Source of the DNA: Balanoglossus misakiensis
Lineage: Eukaryota > Animalia > Hemichordata
Direction of reading: 5' to 3'
DNA: 64,000 bases
NCBI GenBank assembly: GCA_040954595.2
Contig: CM082590.2
Location: forward strand, 3,782,001 to 3,846,000
The first letter of the stretch is position 1. Each line of letters begins with the position of its first letter. Shown one piece after another: positions 53,701 through 64,000 of this stretch. Below the pieces are notes generated by a model that ran no database searches, was not told the origin of the DNA, and saw only the letters and a program-made list of their open reading frames with translations. The position numbers were made by a program, and so were the translations under genes.

Positions 53701-56700
53701 ACAAAATAATGACTGTTGTGCTTTTTAACAAAAGATATATCTAAGTAGTTCAAGGGTCATTGCCAAAATTATCAAAATATTTGGGTTAAGTTCTGGCAGC
53801 AATAGTAGTCATGTAAACAAAATCATGACTGATGTGCTTTTTAACAAGAGACATATCTAAGTAGATCAAGAGTCATTGCCAAAATTAACAAAATATTTAG
53901 GTTATGTCCTGGCAGCAATTAAACTCATGTGAACAAAATCATGACTGATGTGCTTTTTAACAAGAGACATATCCAAGTAGATCAAGGGTCATTGCCAAAA
54001 TTATCAAATATTTGGGTTATGTCCTGTTAGCAATTAAACTCATGTGAACAAAATCATGACTGCTGTGCTTTTTAACAAGAGACATATCCAAGTAGATCAA
54101 GAGTCATTGCCAAAATTATCAAAATATTTGGGTTATGTCCTGGCAGCAATAAAACTCATGTGAACAAATTAATGACTGTTGTGCTCTTTAACAAGAGACA
54201 TATCCAAGTAGATCAAGGGTCATTGCCAAAATTATCAAATATTTGGGTTATGTCATGGCAGCAATAAAACTCATGTGAACAAAATAATGACTGTTGTGCT
54301 TTTTAACAAAAGATATATCCAAGTAGTTCAAGGGTCATTGCCAAAATTATCAAAATATTTGGGTTAAGTCCTGGCAGCAATAGTAGTCATGTAAACAAAA
54401 TCATGACTGATGTGCTTTTTAACAAGAGACATATCTAAGTAGAACAAGAGTCATTGCCAAAATTAACAAAATATTTGGGTTATGTCCTGGCAGCAATTAA
54501 ACTCATGTGAACAAAATCATGACTGTTGTGCTTTTTAACAAGAGACATATCCAAGTAGATCAAGAGTCATTGCCAAAATTATCAAAATATTCGGGTTATG
54601 TTCTGGCAGCAATAAAACTCATGTGAACACAATCATGACTGTTGTGCTTTTTAACAAGAGACATATCCAAGTAGATCAAGGGTCATTGCCAAAATTATCA
54701 AAATATTTGGGTTATGTCCTGGCAGCAATAAAACTCATGTGAACACAATCATGTCTGTTGTGCTTTTTAACAAGAGACATATCCACGTAGATCAAGGGTC
54801 ATTGCCAAAATTATCAAAATATTTGGGTTAAGTCTTGGCAGCAATAAAACTCATGTGAACACAATCATGACTGTCGTGCTTTTTAACAAGAGACATATCC
54901 AAGTAGATCAAGGGTCATTGCCAAAATTATCAAAATATTTGGGTTATGTCCTGGCAGCAATAATAGTCATGTAAACAAAATCACGACTGTTGTGCTTTTT
55001 AACAAGAGACATATCCAAGTAGATCAAGGGTCATTGCCAAAATTATCAAAACATTTGGGTTAAGTCTTGGCAGCAATAAAACTCATGTGAACACAATCAT
55101 GACTGTCGTGCTTTTTAACAAGAGACATATCCAAGTAGATCAAGGGTCATTGCCAAAATTATCAAAATATTTGGGTTATGTCCTGGCAGCAATAATAGTC
55201 ATGTAAACAAAATCATGACTGTTGTGATTTTTAACAAGAGACATACCCGAGTAGATTAAGGGTCATTGCCAAAATTATCAAAATATTTGGGTTATGTCCT
55301 GGCAGCAATAGTAGTCATATGAATATCAAGGGTCATTGCCAAAATTATCAAAATATTTGGGTTATGTCCTGGCAGCAACAGTAGTCATATGAATACAATT
55401 ATGACTGTTGTGCTTTTTAACAAGCGACATATCCAAGTAGATCAAGGGTCATGGCCAAAATTATCAAAATATTTGGGTTATGTCCTGGCAGCAATAAAAC
55501 TCATGTGAACAAATTAATGACTGTTGTGCTTTTTAACAAAAGACATATCCAAGTAGATCAAGGGTCATGGCCAAAATTATCAAAATATTTGGGTTATGTC
55601 CTGGCAGCTATAAAACTCATTTGAACACAATCATGACTGTTGGGCTTTTTAACAAGAGACATATCCAAGTAGATCAAGGGTCATTGCCAAAATTATCAAA
55701 ATATTTGGGTTAAGTCCTGGCAGCAATAAAACTCGTGTGAACACAATCATGACTGTTGTGCTTTTTTAACAAGTGACATATCCAAGTAGATCAAGAGTCA
55801 TTGCCAAAATTATCAAATTATTCGGGTTATGTTCTGGCAGCAATAAAACTCATGTGAACAAAATAAAGACTGTTGTGCTTTTTAACAAGAGACATATCCA
55901 AGTAGATCAAGGGTCATGGCCAAAATTATCAAAATATTTGGGTTATGTCCTGGCAGCAATAAAACTCATGTGAACAAAATAATGACTGTTGTGCTTTTTA
56001 ACAAGAGACATATCCAAGTAGATCAAGGGTCATTGCCAAAATTATCAAAATATTTGGGTTAAGTCCTGGCAGCAATAAAACTCGTGTGAACACAATCATG
56101 ACTGTTGTGCTTTTTAACAAGTGACATATCCAAGTAGATCAAGAGTCATTGCCAAAATTATCAAAGTATTCGGGTTATGTCCTGGTAGCAATAAAACTCA
56201 TGTGAACAAAATCATGACTGTTGTGCTTTTTAACAAAAGACATATCCAAGTAGTTCAAGGGTCATTGCCATAATTATCAAAATATTTGGGTTATGTCCTG
56301 GCAGCAATAAAACTCATGTGAACAAAATAATGACTGTTGTGCTTTTTAACAAGAGACATATCCAAGTAGATCAAGGGTCATTGCCAAAATTATCAAAATA
56401 TTTGGGTTATGTCATGGCAGCAATAAAACTCATGTGAACAAAATAATGACTGTTGTGCTTTTTAACAAAAGATATATCTAAGTAGTTCAAGGGTCATTGC
56501 CAAAATTATCAAAATATTTGGGTTAAGTTCTGGCAGCAATAGTAGTCATGTAAACAAAATCATGACTGATGTGCTTTTTAACAAGAGACATATCTAAGTA
56601 GATCAAGAGTCATTGCCAAAATTAACAAAATATTTAGGTTATGTCCTGGCAGCAATTAAACTCATGTGAACAAAATCATGACTGATGTGCTTTTTAACAA

Positions 56701-57876
56701 GAGACATATCCAAGTAGATCAAGATTGATTGCCAAAATTATCAAGATATTCGGGTTATGTCCTGGCAGCAATAAAACTCATGTGAACACAATCATGACTG
56801 TTGTGCTTTTTAACAAGAGACATATCCAAGTAGATCAAGAGTCATTGCCAAAATTATCAAAATATTTGGGTTATGTCCTGGCAGCAATTAAACTCATGTG
56901 AACAAAATCATGACTGTTGTGCTTTTTAAGAAGAGACATATCCAAGTAGATCAAGAGTCATTGCCAAAATTATCAAAATATTTGGGTTATGTCCTGGCAG
57001 CAATAAAACTCATGTGAACACAATCATGACTGTTGTGCTTTTTAACAAGAGACATATCCAAGTAGATCAAGAGTCATTGCCAAAATTATCAAAATATTCG
57101 GGTTATGTCCTGGAAGCAATGAAACTCATGTTAACAAAATCATGACTGATGTGCTTTTTAACAAGACACATATCCAAGTAGATCAAGAGTCATTGCCAAA
57201 ATTATCAAAATATTCGGGTTATGTCCTGGCAGCAATAAAACTCATGTGAACACAATCATGACTGTTGTGCTTTTTAACAAGAGACATATCCAAGTAGATC
57301 AAGAGTCATTGCCAAAATTATCAAAATATTTGGGTTATGTCCTGGCAGCAATTAAACTCATGTGAACAAAATCATGACTGTTGTGCTTTTTAACAAGAGA
57401 CATATCCAAGTAGATCAAGGGTCATTGCCAAAATTATCAAAATTTTTGGGTTATGTCCTGACAGCGATAGAATTCATGTGAACAAAATCATGTCTGTTGT
57501 GCATTTTAACAAGAGACATATCCAAGTAGATCAAGAGTCATTGCCAAAATTATCAAAATATTCGGGTTATGTCCTGGCAGCAATAAAACTCATGTGAACA
57601 CAATCATGACTGTTGTGCTTTTTAACAAGAGACATATCCAAGTAGATCAAGAGTCATTGCCAAAATTATCAAAATATTTGGGTTATGTCCTGGCAGCAAT
57701 AAAACTCATGTGAACAAAATCATGACTGTTGTGCTTTTTAACAAGAGACATATCCAAGTAGATCAAGGGTCCTTGCCAAAATTATCAAAATATTTGGGTT
57801 ATGTCCTGGCAGCAATAAAACTCAAGTGAACACAATCATGACTGTTGTGCTTTTTAACAAGAGACATATCCAAGTA
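38785..57876 (+). repeat. 116 bp satellite array, ~165 monomers including 70 bp truncated variants, with several higher-order repeats
   Basis: Monomer AAGTAGATCAAGGGTCATTGCCAAAATTATCAAAATATTTGGGTTATGTCCTGGCAGCAATAAAACTCATGTGAACACAATCATGACTGTTGTGCTTTTTAACAAGAGACATATCC. Higher-order periods are 302, 1160 and ~2736 bp. Confidence 0.99.
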
Positions 57877-59610
57877 CAATTCAGTTCTAACAAATCTGAA
57901 TCAAAGGACATGTGAAATTTGCCAAAAAATGTAACGTATTCTATTCATATGGTGACTCATATCAATAAAATGAATTTGTGTGCTTTCAATGAGTAGGCTA
58001 GGAATAGGAAATCTTCGTTTTTAATCAGAGTTCAGAAAATCCAATTTGGCTCGAATAAGGTGAAAGCAATCACAATACACTTGAAAGCTTGATTAAAAAA
58101 AAGACTTTGGAAATTTTTCATGAGATTTTTCAAAAATCCATAATGAATCCAAAGTCGCATGACCACTAACAATATTATGGAAGGGACAGTAAATTAGAAC
58201 TTGATTGGCCCTGTAGTTTTGAAAAAAATGTCAACTTTTAGAGGTTATCAGAAAATTCAATATGGCCACCATGAAGAAGACAATTAAAGGAACATGCAGC
58301 CTTACAGGGGCCAAAGCAGTTAGCATGGTTCCAACAGAAAGCAAGCTCTGTATCTGTTTTGGATGGCTAGAAATGGTAAGTAAGCCAGAGGTCACGCAAA
58401 ATTGTGCCAACAAAATCTGATATCAAACTGATCAGTGTTCAACAAGAACCAAAGTTCTAAGGTCTATTGGATAACTTTAAATAGGATAAGTACATAAGTA
58501 TTGTGTTAAAGATTAATACTTCATTAGATGTTCCAGTCCCCTAAATTTGAAAGCTGTATCTGCTGTGCATGGCAAGTTATGGGAAAGTAGATCATTGCCA
58601 AAAATTATAAAAATAGTTGGGTTATGTCCTGGCAGCAATAGTACTCATGTGAACAAAATCATGACTGTTGTGCTTTTTAACAAGAGGCATATCCACATAA
58701 AATTAAGTTCTAGAATTACTGGATCAAAGGACATGTGAGAGTGGCCAATAAATTGTATAATCAAATTCTGAAAAAAAAACTGGATCAAAGAACATGTGAA
58801 AGTTGCCAAACATGTAACGTATTCTAGTCATATGGTGACTCGTATCAATAAAATTAATTTGTGTGCTATCAATGAGTAAGCTAGAAATAGGAAATCTTTG
58901 TTTTTCATCGGTGTTCAGAAAATCCAATTTGGCTCGAATAAGGTTAAAGCAATCACAATTCACTTGAAAGCTTGATTAAAAAAAGACTTTGGAAATTTTT
59001 CATGAGATTTTTCAAAAATCCATAATTAATCCAAATTCACATGACCACTAACAATATTATTGAAAAAAAATGGAACGGACAGTAAATTAGAACTTGATTG
59101 GCCTTGTAATTTTTGAAAAAAATGTCAACTTTTAAAGGTTATCCAAAAATCCAATATGGCCGCCATGAAGAAGACCCAACTATAAGCAGCATTGGAGGAG
59201 CCAAAGTGGTTAGCATGGTTCCAACAGAAAGCAAAGGCTGTATCTGTTATGGATGCTGAGAAATGGTAAGTAAGCCAGAGTTCACGCAAAGTTGGGCCAA
59301 CAAATTTTGATATCAAACTGATCAGTGTCCAGCAAAAACCAGACTTCAAAGATCTATTGGGTAACTTTAAATAGCTTATGTACATAATTATTGTGTTAAA
59401 GTTAATACATGTACTTCATTAGGTGTTCCAGTCCTCCAAATTTGAAGGCTGTATCTGCTGTACATGCCAAGGCATGGGATAGTAGTTCAAAGGTCATTGC
59501 CAAAATTATCAAAATATTTGGGTTATGTCCTGGCAGCAATAAAACTCGTATGAACAAAATCGTGACAGTTGTGCATTTTAACAAGATGCATATCTATGTA
59601 TAATTAACTT
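57877..59610 (+). repeat. Two divergent ~0.9 kb macrosatellite monomers closing the composite array
   Basis: AATATGGCC(A/G)CCATGAAGAAGAC...TTAGCATGGTTCCAACAGAAAGCAA recurs at ~58259 and ~59153, each monomer with a single copy of the 116 bp segment. Confidence 0.93.
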
Positions 59611-59810
59611 CTTAAAACATAGCGTATAGGATACTGTTGTGCCATTTGGGGATTACACAGATTTTAGGTATTCGCAAGAATTGAAATCACGGGCGACATT
59701 GGCAAGCATATATGGCAAAAATATTCAAATACTATGGAAACATAAAAAAATTCACTATGACCAATCAAGTGTTATGTGTCACTGCAATCTTACAAGCAGC
59801 ACTAAAAACA

Positions 59811-60503
59811 GATTTTTGTCCAAAAACTGTCTGTAAAATACATGCGAGTATGACAAGCTAATTAGTCCAATCAGACAGAGGCATTCACTGACCTACCACC
59901 AGTTTATAATAAAATAACCGGTGGTCTCTGTAACAGCTGGACCACAACTGATTGTTGTCCAAAAACTGGCTGTAAAATACATGCGAGTATGACAAGCAAA
60001 TTAGTCCAATCAGACAGAGGCATTTACTGACCTACCACCAGTTTATAATAAAATAACCGGTGGTCTCTGTAACAGCTGGACCACAGCTGATTTTTGTCCA
60101 AAAACTGTCTGTAAAAATACATGCGAGTATGACAAGCTAATTAGTCCAATCAGACAGAGGCATTCACTGACCTACCACCAGATTATAATAAAATAGCCGG
60201 TGGTCTCTGTAACAGCTGGACCACAGCTGATTTTTGTCCAAAAACTGTCTGTAAAAATACATGCGAGTATGACAAGCTAATTAGTCCAATCAGACAGAGG
60301 CATTCACTGACCTACCACCAGATTATAATAAAATAGTCGGTGGTCTCTGTAACAGCTGGACCACAGCTGATTTTTGTCCAAAAACTGTCTGTAAAAATAC
60401 ATGCGAGTATGACAAGCTAATTAGTCCAATCAGACAGAGGCATTCACTGACCTACCACCAGTTTATAATAAAATAGCCGGTGGTCTCTGTAACAGCTGGA
60501 CCA
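59811..60503 (+). repeat. 139-140 bp tandem repeat, 5 near-identical copies, each with two overlapping inverted pairs
   Basis: Units start at 59811, 59950, 60089, 60229 and 60369. Each holds ACCACCAG...CCGGTGGT and GTGGTC...GACCAC. Confidence 0.97.
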
Positions 60504-61388
60504 GTAAAATTATATAAGGCCGTTTATTTTACTGATAAAAATGTTTATAGGTCTTTGTAGGTTATAATAAAGACAATTATCAAAATCGGTTCACCGGTTT
60601 TCAAGGTACAAAAGCATCAAAAATACTGATATTCTCAAGTATCTTCAACATTTTTCAAAAAATTATGCATGATTCACAGAAGAATACTTCTTTCAGTTTT
60701 ACAGGAGATCATCTAAACTTGTAAAGAAAATCTCTCTATTTTTTGCATGGCACCATGGGAAATATGAAATTTTGCAATGTTTGATGTTCCGTGTCTCAAT
60801 CATAGTTGATCTAATTGTAACGAAATTTTCAGAATATATTACAATATATGTGCAGATACAGATAGTACTTAAGTTTTTGATATCTGGATTATAATTTAAA
60901 TTCCCAGGCGCTCAAAAAAGGAAAAACCTAGCATTTTACCATTGCAAATGGGCGGCCATATTGGATTGATATTTCATTAGATGGCAATATTTGTTTATAC
61001 ACTGCAATTTGCTGAAAATCAGTTCAATCACTGTAGTGAGTGGAAATATTTAAATTCTTGTGTATTTTGAGCAATTATACTACTACCAAAAAATATTTTA
61101 TACAGTTACTTCTGGACAGCAAAAATTGCCATCATTCAAGTCAAACTCTCAGATCGGCCCTTTTGCTTGCCTGTGTTGAGCAGATATCAAAAGTGGAGAA
61201 AGTTGGATAGTGTAATTTCTACATGTATCTGTACTATCCTTGTAGTCTATTAACATTAACACGATTTTCATATTAATTTTGGTATGATATGCATGGAAAG
61301 ACTGGCTGGCTATAAATCATAAAAATGAACGTCCTTGCACCATACAGTTTTCACTGCATACACACGTAGTTTAAGCAAACTGTGTCTT

Positions 61389-61634
61389 TCATGTATTCCA
61401 CTTTTCTGCCTTCCTTGCTGGCTTTCTCCATTTATTTTCTGACTGTGTCTTTCTAACATGTACTAGAGCTGGTAAGGTTTCCTGAACATTAATTCCTGTA
61501 TCTTGAAGGCAGGTGTGCAAGTTCATATAAAGTTCATTGGTTAAAGGAATATTATGAGCTGATAAATCTTCTAAGCTCTTCTTTCTGGCTAGAAGGTCTG
61601 CTATATTATCGAATACTCTTAATGCTACTTCCAT
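61389..61634 (-). CDS. Putative 81 aa ORF in a candidate second exon, unknown product, possibly a pseudo-exon
   Basis: Acceptor TTTGCACAG (AG at 61644-61643), then GCAACATT-ATG-G (A at -3, G at +4). Reads MEVALRVFDNIADLLARKKSLEDLSAHNIPLTNELYMNLHTCLQDTG... in non-repetitive sequence. No family recognised. Confidence 0.35.
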   Translation of the reverse strand: MEVALRVFDNIADLLARKKSLEDLSAHNIPLTNELYMNLHTCLQDTGINVQETLPALVHVRKTQSENKWRKPARKAEKWNT

Positions 61635-62111
61635 AATGTTGCCTGTGCAAATTAACAATCAAAATATCCACTTGCTAGACAATTGTAAGAGAAACATTTT
61701 TGTTGGGTAATTACAGAATAATTATTTTAATTCCATGCATACTCTACCTAAACGCAAATTAGAATATATAACTGAAATTATAATTATACACAGGTCTATG
61801 AAATGCAAAGAAAATGTATTTCTAGGAAAGAACACCCATGGGCATTCAGCTCTAAGCAGATAACATCAGTCACTTTGAAGACATGTCACTTCCCAGACTT
61901 GACTAAACAAACATCCAACCCTGAAGTGAAACGCATCTCCGAGTTGCATACACAATATGATCATATACTGTTAGTTATTTATAATGGTTTAAGTGAAAAC
62001 AAATTAGGAGATGTAAACACCCCTGCCATTTATTCAGTGCCATGGAATGCTGCCATTATGCACAGATTGACTCTAGCCACTTTCCCAGTGGGAGGAAAAA
62101 GACTTTAACGG

Positions 62112-62770
62112 ACAACAAGCGGGAAGTAACGAAAGTTACTGTTTTTGGCATTTCATTTTTATTTGCGAGATCGAGAAATTAAAATATGACAAGTTTAGAA
62201 AATAATCAGATTACACAGTATGTCCCAGTTCGTATGGCGGCCATATTGGATTCTGAACTCTCTAGTAATATAAACATATAGTGTACTTGGCGAGTCTCAG
62301 TATAGGGAAATCAACACAATCAGACAAAACTTGGGTTACCCATTGATATTCCTATCAAATTTCAAAGCAATCCCATATGCAGTTTCAGAAAAATCAGTAT
62401 TTTCACCAAAATTGTACAATATCTTACTTAAATTGCTTCAGGGAACATGCCTACCAAAGCTCAAGGCAATCTGACATTCAGTTTGAAAGAAAATATTTTT
62501 TGATGAAAAATTCCACAACTATCACACACAAAACGCAAATATGCAAATTTCAAGTATTTTTCTAAAACACCTCACTTAATTATTCCCAAGGAACAACCCT
62601 GCCAAATTTGAAAGCAATCTGACAAGCAGTTTTAGATAAAACAATTTTTGACCAAAAAAGACAAAAAATTCTACAAAATTATAAATATGCACATTTTTCA
62701 TCAACCAGGTTTTCATCAAATGGGACCATATATCCAAATGTATGCTTCAAAGCAACACGACTCTTGGAGA
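62112..62770. mobile_element. Degenerate Helentron-type (HINE-like) element fragment
   Basis: ATGGCGGCCATATTGGATT at ~62234. Repeated CAAATTT(C/G)AAAGCAATC...AGTTT and AAATATGCA(A/C)ATTT motifs at 62350-62760. Confidence 0.5.
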
Positions 62771-63395
62771 AAAAAATGCTTGTCACCCTGGTCAAAAATT
62801 TGGTTTTACTAAAACATTAAATCGGTTATCTCTCAAAGCTAAAAGGGTTATCACCAAACAGATTACAATTTTCTTTACTTGTGGTGGTTTTGGTTTTCTC
62901 GGTTTGCCCAATAAAAATTAGGATAATTGTTTAAGTATGCCAACGGTGAGGTGGAAATCTCACCAGAAAAGCGAAAATACGCCAACAACATGTAAACAGT
63001 AAAATGTTACGAAAAAACGAACAGAAAAGCGAAAATACATCAACCACGTTTAAACCGTAAAATTAAAAAAAAATGCAAACAATGGCCCTACGTGCGCTTA
63101 GGCAAGAGGCCTAGCAATTAAATTCTCACAGAGTATAACCCTATAAATATGACTAGACTTTCTAGATTATCACCTCAGGGTCAGCAGCGAAGCCATACAC
63201 AGAATGGCCGAGAGGCATGGCTAGCTGCACGCCCGTAGCTCGGATTTTTTTCTGGAATAAGACCTACTTCTGTTCAACTACAAGGTGTTGAACGGATAGC
63301 TGCAAATCACCTAATACCAGACAAAACAATCGAGCGACGGTAACGTAGCTATATAGGCTATGGTACTAAAAGCAATGACTGGATTATGAGCCTAC

Positions 63396-63984
63396 CGAAA
63401 AGACGTCTTGATCCCGCGGCAGTAAGAAGGAAAGTGATTGAAACCCGACGTCACAAACCGGAAACGGGTCAATGATCACCTGTTGTTATGGAGAGTAGGA
63501 CTTGTTACCCAATCACAGACCAAAGTTAGCATTACGACACACTAATGAATATGCATACATGCTATAGCTGCATATTTTATTTCTTTAGAACGCACTGGAA
63601 CATGCTCGCATTCAAAGGAATATTCCATTTGTATATGCAAATAGCCAACCTATGTTCTCGAGTGTGAGTGCACCATTGTCTCAGGGGGGTGGCTCACGCC
63701 CCAAAGAACAGTGGGTAATTTTCTACCACAGCCGCGCATTTCAAACCAAGCAAGCAAACTGCTAACTTCCGTTGTCTGGGCAACATTTTGATGTGCGTTT
63801 AGTTTTGCACTTATTGGACTTTGATGAAACAGACCTATAATACTTCCTAATGTGGTTCTTTTTCTGGGTCATTTTATCAGTCCAACCACGATCCACGAGA
63901 TCGTAAACTGCTTGGATTAGGGCGCGTTAGGAAGCTGCAGCTGCGGCCGCAGGTCAAGTCGGTGTGTGTTGTATTTAACAAACA
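63396..63984. promoter_or_regulatory. Candidate CpG-rich, possibly bidirectional Pol II promoter
   Basis: Minus-strand CTTTCCTTCTT tract (63434-63424), with a CG|GTAGGC donor at 63395. CRE-like GACGTCA (63447-63453), ETS-like CCGGAA (63458-63463), CCAATC (~63509) and octamer ATGCAAAT (~63635). Plus-strand AAACATGG with ATG at 63984. Confidence 0.5.
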
Positions 63985-64000
63985 TGGTGAATGTGTTCGG

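Noticed and set aside
38785-57876. CRISPR-like or information-storing array
   Set aside because: There are no unique spacers. Monomers are head-to-tail with only point variants, there are no cas-like genes, and the context is eukaryotic.
26361-59603. Repeated short ORFs (MYFIRCSGPL..., MSTFRDYQK..., MAKIIKIFGL...) as a tandem gene family
   Set aside because: They are by-products of the satellite monomers. The 116 bp period is not a multiple of 3, frames are broken by homopolymer indels, and no domain or splice structure is evident.
61109-61169. Extra minus-strand coding exon (CAACACAG|...|GTAACT)
   Set aside because: It has stops in all three frames and a weak donor, and may just be a repeat end.
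63535-63900. snRNA gene driven by the octamer at ~63635
   Set aside because: No recognisable snRNA coding sequence or Sm site at the expected distance on either strand.

Overview
This is AT-rich eukaryotic genomic DNA, most likely from a marine invertebrate (deuterostome-like repeat repertoire; taxon inferred, not proven). No intact, recognisable protein-coding gene lies fully inside the window. About 70% is tandem repeat. One array is a ~192-196 bp satellite (13.2-22.8 kb) with irregular higher-order repeats. The other is a 34 kb composite array (25.4-59.6 kb) in which a ~900 bp macrosatellite has spawned a 116 bp satellite from inside its own monomer, with copy numbers per monomer rising from 1 to 5, ~18 and ~165. 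The left 13 kb is a nest of mobile elements: a 5'-truncated CR1/L2-group LINE interrupted by a complete non-autonomous Helentron-type element, a TTAA fold-back MITE, two hairpin-ended Crypton-like elements and a tRNA-derived SINE. Several insertions can be checked against empty sites elsewhere in the window. At 0.4-5.2 kb (minus strand) are stop-ridden reading-frame remnants that colinearly resemble the C-terminal part of sacsin. The right end looks like a CpG-rich, possibly bidirectional promoter with a 5'TOP-like minus-strand first exon. I found no evidence for a new enzymatic system; the best candidates for novelty are the satellite-birth series, the hairpin elements and the sacsin-like fossil.
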